IMG/VR virus record: IMGVR_UViG_3300000117_000007
Strand: one strand, 5' to 3'
DNA: 64,000 bases
Origin: a virus
Shown here: one piece after another, positions 1-10,500 of the stretch
Layout of the letters: each line of letters opens with the position of its first letter
Position numbering within the stretch: the first letter of the stretch is position 1
Notes under the pieces: model-generated
Seen by the model: the letters and a program-made list of their open reading frames with translations, nothing else
The model's database searches: none
Told to the model about the DNA's origin: nothing
Made by a program: the position numbers and the translations under genes

Positions 1-84
1 AACAAATATACTGAACCAAAATCAACAAGTGATAAACAAGATAGTGGAACAACTTCTAATAAAGGCAGAGGTCCTAGTTTCTAA
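1..84 (+). CDS. 3' end of upstream ORF (by T4-like synteny possibly baseplate tail-tube cap gp48)
   Basis: Frame 1 is open from base 1 to TAA at 82-84, which overlaps the ATG of the next gene (TAATG coupling). Identity is inferred from synteny only. Confidence 0.4.
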   Translation, partial: NKYTEPKSTSDKQDSGTTSNKGRGPSF

Positions 85-824
85 TGGCAAATCAATACTT
101 TCAAAACTTTCCAGAATTACAATATAAATTATCTAATGGTAAGATTGTATCTATCAAAGACTTTTTTAGAAAGTCAAAGATTGAGCAAGAAGCAGTAGAT
201 AGTATCGTACAATATACAAGGTATGAGATTCAAGATGGTGAAAGACCAGATATTGTAGCATCAAAACTTTATGGTGATGGTGATCTTCATTGGACATTCT
301 ACTTAGTAAACGACTTTGATAACTATTACGATTGGCATAAAGACAACGAAACCTTTGAAAAGTATATCAGTCAGAAGTATGCTGGTGTTTATGCAATAGC
401 ATCAAATACAACAGATATATTATCTACATCTACTTCAAACACAGGTCAACACGTAGTCAGTAAGTTTTTACTAGGAGAAAAAGTAACTAGTATTAGTGGT
501 ACAGGAAATGTCATAGAAGTAGATTCTCAAAATAAAAGAATTGCAATTGAAGGTAGGGGATTTGTATCAGGCGAAACTATCACAGGAAAAATAAGTAACA
601 AAACAATGACACCAACAAGTATAATAGAACATAGAGATGGTGTCAAACATTATTATAATAAAACAAACGGACTTTATACTAATGTTCCGACTGCTGGATA
701 TACTAGTGTAACACTTTACGACTATGAATATGAATTGAATGAAGAAAAACGATTGATTAAAGTAATCGATCCTGCAATCATACAAAAGGTAGTTAGAAGA
801 TTTGAAAAAGTAATGTCATCATGA
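84..824 (+). CDS. gp53: Baseplate wedge protein gp53
   Basis: YFQNFP start and LysM-like GERPDIVASKLYGD..LHW motif; C-terminal YDYEYELNEEKRLIKVI typical of gp53. Confidence 0.88.
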   Translation: MANQYFQNFPELQYKLSNGKIVSIKDFFRKSKIEQEAVDSIVQYTRYEIQDGERPDIVASKLYGDGDLHWTFYLVNDFDNYYDWHKDNETFEKYISQKYAGVYAIASNTTDILSTSTSNTGQHVVSKFLLGEKVTSISGTGNVIEVDSQNKRIAIEGRGFVSGETITGKISNKTMTPTSIIEHRDGVKHYYNKTNGLYTNVPTAGYTSVTLYDYEYELNEEKRLIKVIDPAIIQKVVRRFEKVMSS

Positions 825-2281
825 ATGATCGAACACAACCACAAGAAGGAAACTTCTTACCAGGTGAAATTACAATAGATACTATTTCTCTTGTTAACCA
901 AGAAAGAGAAGTTGTCGAATTAAAAAATATCACTGCTCAAGTAGATATATTTGAGGGAATTGATAATGCATTTTTATCTGGCAGAGTTTCTATTTTTGAT
1001 GGTGTTAACTTTCATAGAAACTATAAAGTCTATGGTCAAGAATCATTAACTATTAAGTATCGTGTTAAAGAAGACGGTACACAATTCGGTAAACAAGCAG
1101 AGAAAACATTTAGAATCTATAAGACTTCAAATGTACAAAATATGCCTGGTTATACTACTGATTCTTTAGCAATACATTTTATTGATCCTAGATATTTTCA
1201 ATGCGAACAAAAAAGAATCAGTCAAACATTCAGAGGATCGTACTCTGAGATTTTACTTAAGTCACTACTTAAGCATGGTGGGTTCGAACAACAAACAGGA
1301 AGTTCACCAATCGAATATTGGGATAAGTCGTATCCAGAAAACAAACAAATAGTATGTGGCAATTGGTCTTTGAACAGATTGATTAGGTATATAAATGAGA
1401 ATGCTAACTATGAAGAAAATGCTGGTTGGAGAAACTCAATGTTTTTCTATCAAGCAATGCATAGAGGTTTTAGATTTATGGCATTAGATACAATGCTATC
1501 TGGCAATACAGAACATGCAGTGTCATTTTCATACAGACCAAAGAATGCAGTTATGGGACAAGAAGAAACTCCTAATGTATCTCAAGGTGGACACAATTCA
1601 AAAATCTTACAGTTTGAATACCCACACAAAGGCGATACACTTGCTGGTGTTAAGACAGGAACGTATTCATCGAGTTTAAGAGTCTTTGATCCTATAAGAA
1701 ATATAGAAAAAGAAATTTATTATGATATGCAAGAAACTTTTGATCGTAATAAAGATAAGCATCTATCTGGATTTCCTTTAATTAGAACAGAAGAGTATGA
1801 AGACATTTACAGTGTCCAAGAACCAGTAGCAGATGATGAATATCAAGCAAACAAAATACAATCTGATACAAGTTTAAATCAAGCATATCTTATAGGTGGT
1901 AAAACTCATTACAAAGTTAATAACTCTAACGCATATTCAGATTCGCCAAAACTTCAAGATACAAGTCAATACACTGGTGAAGAACACACTGATAACTCAT
2001 TCTTAGAGGGTATTGCCGCTAGAGAGAACTTATCACAATATACTGTAAAAGTTACAGTTCCTATGAGAGATGATGTTTCAGTAGGGCAAGTTATTCATTT
2101 AGAATTGCCAAGACCAGAAGTTGGTGCAGAGGGTGAAGACTTATTAAATGATAATCGTTATCTAGTCACTAAGATTAGGCACAGTTTTTCACCAGGTGAA
2201 TTTAGAGGCACTATGACAATGATGTGTGCAAAAGAAAGTTTTGCTAAAAATCTTTCTGAGGAGTTTTTACCAAATGAATAA
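821..2281 (+). CDS. Putative baseplate hub protein (gp27-like)
   Basis: Lies between gp53 and gp5. N-terminal IFEGIDNAFLSGRVSIFD and C-terminal VGQVIHL..YLVTKIRH motifs resemble hub proteins. Confidence 0.6.
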   Translation: MNDRTQPQEGNFLPGEITIDTISLVNQEREVVELKNITAQVDIFEGIDNAFLSGRVSIFDGVNFHRNYKVYGQESLTIKYRVKEDGTQFGKQAEKTFRIYKTSNVQNMPGYTTDSLAIHFIDPRYFQCEQKRISQTFRGSYSEILLKSLLKHGGFEQQTGSSPIEYWDKSYPENKQIVCGNWSLNRLIRYINENANYEENAGWRNSMFFYQAMHRGFRFMALDTMLSGNTEHAVSFSYRPKNAVMGQEETPNVSQGGHNSKILQFEYPHKGDTLAGVKTGTYSSSLRVFDPIRNIEKEIYYDMQETFDRNKDKHLSGFPLIRTEEYEDIYSVQEPVADDEYQANKIQSDTSLNQAYLIGGKTHYKVNNSNAYSDSPKLQDTSQYTGEEHTDNSFLEGIAARENLSQYTVKVTVPMRDDVSVGQVIHLELPRPEVGAEGEDLLNDNRYLVTKIRHSFSPGEFRGTMTMMCAKESFAKNLSEEFLPNE

Positions 2282-3311
2282 TTTTTATTATGGGGTCGTT
2301 GAAGATCGTAATGATCCTCTAAAAGTGGGTAGAGTTAGAGTTCGTGTTCGAGGTGTACATACTGATAATAAACAATACATTGCTTCACCTGATCTACCAT
2401 GGTCGCAAGTAATAATTCCAACAACAAGTGCTGGTCTATCTGGTTTTGGTTTCAATCATAGTCTTGTTGAAGGTTCAACAGTCTTTGGTATGTTTAGAGA
2501 TAACGATCAGCAAGACTTTATAGTTATGGGTGTTGCACCTGGTGTATCACAAAGTGGATATAAAGAAACACCAAAAGGCGAAATCATAAACAGAACAGTT
2601 GAAGCAGGATTTAATGATCCAAGAAGAAAGACACAATCAGAGTATGCAAGTACAACAGACGGACTAAATCCACCTGCAGGTGCAAGACCAAACGAATTGA
2701 CTTTAGCACTTGATACATCGCCTCAAACTCCTAAAGCACTTAAGTTAGACTATGAAGGTAAAGGTAGTGAGATAGATGAGTACACAGAAGCAGATAAGAC
2801 ATTACCATATTACCCTTTATCTGATTACTATGATGAGTCAGACATCAACAGATTTGCACGAGGTACGGGAACCTATGAGCATAGAGATGACGTACCAGTT
2901 AAACCAAAAGAAATAGAAAGACAATCACTATATCCATTTAACAAAGTATTGTATACAGAATCTGGCCACATGGTTGAGATGGACGATACTAGAGGATATG
3001 AAAGATTAGCAGTAGAACATAGATCTGGAACATTTTATGAAATACATAAAGACGGATCACAAGTACATAGAGTTGTCAACGACAACTACACAGTTATATG
3101 CAAAGATGACGAAGTGTTGATTGGTGGCAAATGTACTATTAAAATATTAGGCGATGCAGATATAGACATTCATGGTGATGCAGATATGCTTGTAAAAGGC
3201 GATGCTAAACTTCATTCAGATAAAAACTTAGATATCAGTGCATCAGAAACTTTATCAATCATAGCACCTATCGTTGACGTAAATGGTGGGGTACTAAAAC
3301 TTAATTCGTAA
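2274..3311 (+). CDS. gp5: Baseplate hub/central spike gp5 (OB-fold plus short beta-helix; no lysozyme domain recognised)
   Basis: GVVEDRNDPLKVGRVRVR, LPWS, YPFNKVLYTESGHMVEMDDT, HRSGTFYEI motifs. Start moved to ATG 2274 (GAGGAG upstream). Confidence 0.9.
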   Translation: MNNFYYGVVEDRNDPLKVGRVRVRVRGVHTDNKQYIASPDLPWSQVIIPTTSAGLSGFGFNHSLVEGSTVFGMFRDNDQQDFIVMGVAPGVSQSGYKETPKGEIINRTVEAGFNDPRRKTQSEYASTTDGLNPPAGARPNELTLALDTSPQTPKALKLDYEGKGSEIDEYTEADKTLPYYPLSDYYDESDINRFARGTGTYEHRDDVPVKPKEIERQSLYPFNKVLYTESGHMVEMDDTRGYERLAVEHRSGTFYEIHKDGSQVHRVVNDNYTVICKDDEVLIGGKCTIKILGDADIDIHGDADMLVKGDAKLHSDKNLDISASETLSIIAPIVDVNGGVLKLNS

Positions 3312-4663
3312 TGATAACTCAACCTATACCAACAAGTTTTCCTTGTCCGACAGATGACATATTTTCTTTACCAACTAAAGAAGAGTTAGTTAGTGCATTG
3401 AACGACATTCTTTCTATCCCAAGTAAACTAAAAGCAGAATTGGCCAAAGCAGGTAGTGAGATAGCAGAAGAGGTCAGACAACAAATAGAAGATGTCATTA
3501 AAGAGATTGAGGGTTTTGTAGAGAAACTAGAATCACTTTTATCTCCTTATTGGCAAAAACTATCTGTAAGAGATTGGCAAAAAGAAGCAAACGAGGCAAT
3601 CACTAAGTTTATACAAGACTTTCACATTTATGTACCAGCAAAAATATTAGAGATCATCACGAGTTTAGTACCAGTTGATTTTAACCTTACATTGTTTGGT
3701 ATCAAAATTAACATCATAAAGATATTTACTGCTGAAGAACAAGCAAAAGTTCAAGCACAAATAGTAGAAAAAATTGATAGTATCAAATTTGATTTTGAAA
3801 AATTTACTGGAGAGTTTAGTATTAAGTGTGATGAGTGGCGAGCAAAGATGACTTGGCAATACATCAAAGTAGAAATTATAAAATATCTAAACAACACTGC
3901 TCATGCAGTATTCGGAAAACTTATAAAAATCTTTGAAGAAATATGGGACTTATTGGGTTTAGATGCTTTGGTAAGTTTACTTACTTTAAATTTTGAAGAG
4001 TTGATCAACAATGGATTAGAATCAATTAAAAAAAGATATGGAGATTTAAAAGAACGAACAATAGAAGAGATCGAAGAATTCAAAAAAGAGTGTAGAGACT
4101 TCTTAGATACATTTACTATTGGTGGTTTTGATATTCTTAAAATGATTGGTGGAGATATCAGGTCTAACGTCGAAAGTTTTGAACAAGAAATTGCTGAAAA
4201 GATAGTAGCAATTAAAGAGTTTGAAGCAAACTGGCAAAAGAAACTATTGTTCGACTGGGTTAAAATAGTTAAGAAGTTTTTTGATGCGATTGGTATAGGC
4301 AAAATCTTTGATTTCTTAATGCTTACATTTTGCGATTTCTTATCACTGATGGGATTCCCTAAATCAATTGATCTAAATATACCAGCAATTGGTGGAGTAC
4401 TAGCAGTTTCATCTTACAAACCTAAAATTAAAGTAAATAATAATTCTGTAGAAGCAAGAGCAACTGATCTTTATGATGCCGATGGCGAGACAACAGACTT
4501 CGATACAACTGGTAGTGGAAGTGAGTTGAAGGTATTTATTGATGGTGTAAAACAAGATCCAAGTACGTACTCTATTCACCCCATTTTTGGAAATAAGGTA
4601 GTATTTGATGTAGCACCAGAAAAAGGAACTGTTACTGCCATAAAATATAATACAGATGTCTAA
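3311..4663 (+). CDS. Hypothetical, largely amphipathic alpha-helical baseplate-region protein
   Basis: 450-aa ORF translationally coupled to gp5; short C-terminal beta-rich domain (VFIDGVKQ). Confidence 0.6.
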   Translation: MITQPIPTSFPCPTDDIFSLPTKEELVSALNDILSIPSKLKAELAKAGSEIAEEVRQQIEDVIKEIEGFVEKLESLLSPYWQKLSVRDWQKEANEAITKFIQDFHIYVPAKILEIITSLVPVDFNLTLFGIKINIIKIFTAEEQAKVQAQIVEKIDSIKFDFEKFTGEFSIKCDEWRAKMTWQYIKVEIIKYLNNTAHAVFGKLIKIFEEIWDLLGLDALVSLLTLNFEELINNGLESIKKRYGDLKERTIEEIEEFKKECRDFLDTFTIGGFDILKMIGGDIRSNVESFEQEIAEKIVAIKEFEANWQKKLLFDWVKIVKKFFDAIGIGKIFDFLMLTFCDFLSLMGFPKSIDLNIPAIGGVLAVSSYKPKIKVNNNSVEARATDLYDADGETTDFDTTGSGSELKVFIDGVKQDPSTYSIHPIFGNKVVFDVAPEKGTVTAIKYNTDV

Positions 4664-4671
4664 ATAGTAGT

Positions 4672-5100
4672 ATGGCCGACTATTTAAAACCAAATGCAAA
4701 AATAAACGCAGTAAGCAAGAATGTTTACACTGATCTTGATATGTTATTTAAGGCACACCCATTAACTGGTGATGTAACAACAAAGAAAGATAGTGAAGCA
4801 ATTAAAAGATCGGTAAGAAATATAGTTCTAACTAATAAATTTGAAAGACCATTCAAACCTAATTTTGGTGCTAGTATTAGAAATTCACTTTTCGAGTTAA
4901 AGAATAACAGAGCAAAGAGAAGACTAGAAAAAGACATTGTAGACGTATTAGTTACAAATGAACCTAGAATCAGAAACGTATTTGTAGAAATATCTGATAT
5001 AGGTTCTGATAGTAATCACTTAGATGTCAGAGTATTTTACAATATTATAAATGGATTAGAACAACAAACATCAAATTTTACAGTAACTAGGGTGAGATAA
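4672..5100 (+). CDS. gp25: Baseplate wedge subunit gp25
   Basis: AIKRSVRNIVLT..ERPFKPNFG and EPRI motifs; CTAAATA late-promoter-like site at 4660. Confidence 0.92.
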   Translation: MADYLKPNAKINAVSKNVYTDLDMLFKAHPLTGDVTTKKDSEAIKRSVRNIVLTNKFERPFKPNFGASIRNSLFELKNNRAKRRLEKDIVDVLVTNEPRIRNVFVEISDIGSDSNHLDVRVFYNIINGLEQQTSNFTVTRVR

Positions 5101-6971
5101 TGGCAGTTAAAAGTTCACAAATAAACGCAACAGATTTAGACTTCGATGCAATTGCAGAGAATATAAAAATTTTTTTAAAGGGTCAAGACAAGTTTAAAGA
5201 CTACGATTTTGAAGGTTCTTCAATGTCAGTGTTGATCGACACACTTGCATATGCATCACACATTAGTGGTGTTAATACAAACATCGCCGCTTCGGAAATG
5301 TTTTTAGATTCTGCACAGATCAGAAAGAACGTAGTATCACGTGCAAAAGATTTAGGGTTTACACCAGCAACAGAAAAGGCAACTTCTGCTACAGTAGAAG
5401 TAACAATTAATAATGTCAACAACATAGACGGAACAAATCCAGCATTACAAGATATGTTAATGCCAAGAGGTCATATGTTCACGTCAGTTGTTGATAGTGT
5501 TCCTTATAATTTTGTAACAACATCTACATATACACCAACTCAATCTGGTTCAACATATTCATATAAAGATGTAGAGATTATTCAAGGACAATATGTAACT
5601 GATCAATATGTTTTTGATGATCAAATTAAAAATTCAAAATTCGTTCTATCAAATGCAAGAGTAGATAGAAGCAAGTTATCAGTTGAAGTGACTTCTAATG
5701 GTTCATCAACTGCATATGCATTATCAACTAACGTATCTAGTATCACATCTTCAGCAGAAGTATATTATACACAAGAAAATGAAGACGGGTTCTTAGAGAT
5801 TTACTTTGGTGATGGTGTACTTGGTAAAGGGTTGCTTGATGGTGATATCATTACTGTAACTTATATTGTAGTAGACGAAGAACATGCAGATGGCGCCAAG
5901 ATATTTTCAATGGGTCAATCAATTAATGGTTTTGCAAATGCTCAAGTAATTACTCAAACACCAGCAACTGGTGGTGCAGAGAAAGAGACAATTGAATCAA
6001 TTAAATTTAAAGCAACTAAGTTCTATACATCTCAGAATAGACTTGTGACCCTTAACGACTATAAAGCAAAAGTATCAGAGTATTATCCAAACGCAGATGC
6101 AGTTGCAGTTTGGGGTGGCGAAGATAATGAACCACCTGAATATGGCAAAGTGTTCATCTCTCTCAAACCAAAGAACTCAGATTACTTGTCTGAAGCAGAG
6201 AAGCAACAAGTATCAAACAATCTTAATCAGTTAAACATGTTAACTGTTAGACCAGTTATTGTAAACCCAGAGATTGTAAAGATTCTTTGCAGTACGACAT
6301 TCAAATACAATAAGAACTTAACAACATTAGCACTAGGAGAATTAGAAACTATCGTAAGAGGTGCTATTGTGAATTTTGACAATACTAACTTAAATAATTT
6401 TGATAGTATATTCAGACATTCAAACCTACTTAAAGCAATTGATGAGAGTGAAAACTCTATTCTTTCTAATACAACAAATATTAGATTATCTAAGAAGAAG
6501 ACATTAAATCTAAACAAGAAAGAAGGTCACGTTATTAAGTTTGGTAATGCATTCTATAATCCACATTCTGGACATAACGCAGAAGGTGGAGGTATATTAC
6601 AATCTACAGGATTTAAAATACAAGGTGATGCATTAAACACACACTACTATGATGATGATGGAAAAGGCAATCTTAGAAGATACATCTTATCAGACGGTGT
6701 AAGAGTTATAAAGAACAGCACAGCAGGTACAATTGATTACACTGCTGGACAAATTTCAATTGATGCAGAAACATTTACCTCAACAGTAAATAATGACACA
6801 TCAATAGAATTTACCATAGTACCTTCATCTAACGATGTTATTGCGATTAGGGGTTCTCTAATTGATATTGACGTTGATAGAATTAAGGTCACTGGTGAAG
6901 TAGACACCATCGCAAGTGGTGAGGCGAGTGCTGGAGTAGGATATACTTCAACATCTACGTCTAATTATTAA
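5100..6971 (+). CDS. gp6: Baseplate wedge subunit gp6
   Basis: LDFDAI..FKDYDFEGS, FLDSAQIRKNVVSRAK, QNRLVTLNDY, WGGEDNEPPEYGKVFI motifs. Confidence 0.93.
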   Translation: MAVKSSQINATDLDFDAIAENIKIFLKGQDKFKDYDFEGSSMSVLIDTLAYASHISGVNTNIAASEMFLDSAQIRKNVVSRAKDLGFTPATEKATSATVEVTINNVNNIDGTNPALQDMLMPRGHMFTSVVDSVPYNFVTTSTYTPTQSGSTYSYKDVEIIQGQYVTDQYVFDDQIKNSKFVLSNARVDRSKLSVEVTSNGSSTAYALSTNVSSITSSAEVYYTQENEDGFLEIYFGDGVLGKGLLDGDIITVTYIVVDEEHADGAKIFSMGQSINGFANAQVITQTPATGGAEKETIESIKFKATKFYTSQNRLVTLNDYKAKVSEYYPNADAVAVWGGEDNEPPEYGKVFISLKPKNSDYLSEAEKQQVSNNLNQLNMLTVRPVIVNPEIVKILCSTTFKYNKNLTTLALGELETIVRGAIVNFDNTNLNNFDSIFRHSNLLKAIDESENSILSNTTNIRLSKKKTLNLNKKEGHVIKFGNAFYNPHSGHNAEGGGILQSTGFKIQGDALNTHYYDDDGKGNLRRYILSDGVRVIKNSTAGTIDYTAGQISIDAETFTSTVNNDTSIEFTIVPSSNDVIAIRGSLIDIDVDRIKVTGEVDTIASGEASAGVGYTSTSTSNY

Positions 6972-7043
6972 TATGCAAGAAGTGATCGTGTGGTTTTCCC
7001 ACGAGTAGTTTCCCATTTATTTGGATTATAGGAGGATAATTAA

Positions 7044-7544
7044 ATGGCAGATAAAAAGATAACGGCGTTAAACGCCATCGGAGAAGGTCAAGTAGACTCA
7101 GGTGATTTACTTCACGTGGTCGATGACCCACAGGGTACACCTGTAAATAAGAAAATGACGTTGGCAACTTTGTTCAACAACATTCCGACTTTCTTGGCAC
7201 TTGATAGTGTTGAAGCATTGAACGAATCAACATTTGTATCAGCAGGTGTTGGAGTTTCAACTGCAATAACAACACTAGACTTTACTGGTCAAAGTGGTTC
7301 ATCAGATATTTCTGGTGACTTACCTGTACCAAGTCATGAAGGTCAAATTAAAGTCATCATCAGAAAGAAAGATGACGTTAGTGGTGTTGGTGGTTCAATC
7401 GATGTACCAGCGGCATCAAACTGGGTTTCAGGTGCTTCAGCAACAGCAGTTGCAGTTATGGAGTCAAACTCAGCAATGGTATTAGTTGGAGTAGGTTCAA
7501 CATGGTACCCAGTTGCAACAGTAGGTACTGTTACTCTTAGTTAA
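7044..7544 (+). CDS. Small virion structural protein (MADKKITAL-type N-terminus)
   Basis: Strong SD (AGGAGG); sits between gp6 and gp7; N-terminal motif common in phage fibre/decoration proteins. Confidence 0.6.
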   Translation: MADKKITALNAIGEGQVDSGDLLHVVDDPQGTPVNKKMTLATLFNNIPTFLALDSVEALNESTFVSAGVGVSTAITTLDFTGQSGSSDISGDLPVPSHEGQIKVIIRKKDDVSGVGGSIDVPAASNWVSGASATAVAVMESNSAMVLVGVGSTWYPVATVGTVTLS

Positions 7545-7560
7545 TTGATGGATTAATCAG

Positions 7561-10500
7561 ATGGCACATCAAAATCATATAGTAGATAGATTAACAAACA
7601 GACTATCGACAATTCTTCCTGAACATATCAGAGAAGATGCGCCGATATTTGAATCGTTCCTATCTTCTTATTTTGAGTACCTAGAATCTGAAATCATCGT
7701 TATTGAAGATGAGCAAGTATTAACAGCAATACAATTAGAAGACGGAACTGTAATAGGTGATGGTAACTTAGTCACTGAAGATAGTTCCGATCTTCTATCT
7801 AATAGAATTTTAATTCCCAGAGTCGAACCGACAGATGCAGAAGAATCAGAACCAATTGTTAAGGGTGAATACATCTATGGCAAAAATAATGGTTCAGTAG
7901 CAAAAGTTAAAGTACGACAAGGCAATGTTATAATTGTCGATACAGTATCGGGAACAGGATTTGCAGTTGGCGAGACTATTGAAGGTCGTGATGGTGGTCA
8001 AACTGCAATAGTTAAAACATATAAAGAAAACTCTATTGTAGCATCTAACAGATTGCTAGACTATTCTAATATCGATCAGACATTAGAAACATTCTTAGAG
8101 TACTTTCAAAAAGATTTCATACCATCGTTAGATTTAGCAGACACACAAAATAAAAGATTAACATTAAAGAATATAAGCACCCTTTATAAGCAAAAGGGTA
8201 CTGCTGAATCTGTAGAGTTCTTGATGAGAATTCTATATGGTCAATCATCATCTGTAAAATATCCAATTGACGAAACTATATTTGCATCTAAATCAGATTA
8301 TTCTGAAGTGCGAAAAATGGTTGTCGTTATGGAACAAGGTGGTATACCAGAAGCAACAGATAGAATCATACAATACAACGTAGAAGATCCCTCTCTCAAA
8401 GATGCAGAAGCAGTAGTAGAAACAGTAGAGATTATTAATACGACAGATAGACGATACGGTCTTTCAATATCAAGAACACATAGAGGAACATTTACAGAAA
8501 ATTCACCAGTCGTATTAGTAGACAGAGATGGAATTACAAGATATCCTGGAACAACTAAAGGTATAATCTCCGAACTGATAGTAGATGATTCATCAACAAC
8601 TTTCGGACTAGAAAGTGAATCTGGTGATCTATTACTAGAAGATAACTCAGCACTTTTATTTGAGGGTGCATCTACTGGATCCATGTATAATCTTAATGAT
8701 AAGATTAACTTTACTGGAGCAAAAACAGACACTTCGGTAGTAGAAGCATTAACAACTGTATCAGAACTATCTAGAGGTTCTATAGAAGAGATATACATCG
8801 AGAGTGCTGGAACAGGTTATTCAGCAAACGACATTATCATCTTTGAAAATGCTAACACAGAAGGTAGTGGAGCAGAAGCAATCATTGGGGCAGTTGGTGA
8901 CGAACTTATTTTAGAGAACGCAACTGTATTTGATCAATACGAGTTAATCGCAACAGCAGGTCAAACAAAGTTTGGTGGAGTAGATAGTAACGGAGATGCA
9001 GTTAGAGATTTAAACAACAAACCAGTTGCTCTAAACGGATTAGATGTTACAGTTCTCGTAGATGGTTTAGAGCAAGACGTATCTCTTTACACTGTACAAA
9101 ATGATGGTGTTCTATTCGACAGTTCACCAACAACATCAGGTGGCGAGAGAGTTGAACTTGTAACTAAGTTTAGCAGAGTATCGTTAGAGAATGGCGATCA
9201 AGTCTATTTAGAGGGTGGAGATCAGAGAATACGTAAAGTAACTATCACCTCAGGTGGTGCAGGTTATCAAACATTCCCACAAGTTTTTGTTGGTGGTTAT
9301 CTTTACTTTGATAAAACTGTAAGTATAACAGGATTCTCAGTTGGCGAACTTATAACAGGACAATCTTCAAATGCCACATCTAGTATATCACGTATTGATA
9401 CTAAAAACAATAGATTAGTTGTTAGACGTTCATCGACTGATACAGGAACATATCAAGACGGAGAATTAATTGTTGGTGGTTCTTCAAGTGCTGAAGCAAT
9501 CATTAAGAATGCTAGAGTTACAGCAGGTACGGGAGCAAAACTTTTTGCATGGTCATCAAAAATTGGTGGTGTTGAGAAAGTAAGAATAACAAATCAGGGT
9601 TACGATTTTGATGAGAACGCAGTTATTTCTAGTACATCATTTGATAACATGCTTACGTTTGCACCAACAACAGCATCAGCACTTGATAAGGGTGTACAAA
9701 TTACTGGTGTAACATCTGGTGCTACAGGAACTATTGTATCATATGATACGCAAAGAAACTTACTTAAGTTTACAGATAGACAAGGTACTTTCTTAGTAGA
9801 TGAGAAAGTTACATATGGTAATGATTCATTCAAAGTATTGAAGTACGATCCATATGATGCTAGAGGTAAGTTGTCTGGAGAAGGTATCACAAACGATAAC
9901 TTCTTTGGTGATACTGGTTATTTATCTAACGAGTTCTCAAACATTCAAGATGGTAGAATCTATCAAACACATTCTTACATCATCAAAGTGGGTGAATCGA
10001 TTGAAAAATATAGATCGATAGTTAAAGATTTAGTTCACCCTGCAGGGCATATATTTTTTGGTGAAGTTGCAGTTGAACGTGTCATCGCATCATCGGCATC
10101 ACTAGCAGATAGATTTGCAATCAATCAAGATAACAGATTAGGTATTATTAATACTACTTTTGTACCTACAATTCTAATTGAATTAGAACATACAGAGCAT
10201 ATCATAATGGAAGATTCTACTAGAGATAGTGAGAATAAACTTCTATATGAGAATGGCGATAGAATTGAAAACGAAGACGCATTCGAACCAAAAGCAAGAA
10301 CACAAAGACAGACTCAACTTCTTATTCATACTAAAGCAGATGAACTTTCTAACATGGCAATGGCGCATGTATTAAGAGATTACTTAAATGAAGGTGCTGA
10401 AGTAGAGAGACATAGAGTTGAGACTATTAAGAAATTTATTAGTAGTGCTACACAAACACAGATAGCAAATGATATCAGTGATCCCGTGGCACCAACTGCA

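Noticed and set aside
6986-7004. Small bulged hairpin upstream of the 7044 gene as a riboswitch or ncRNA
   Set aside because: It is a single short stem without a U-tract or recognisable aptamer, which is too little to call.
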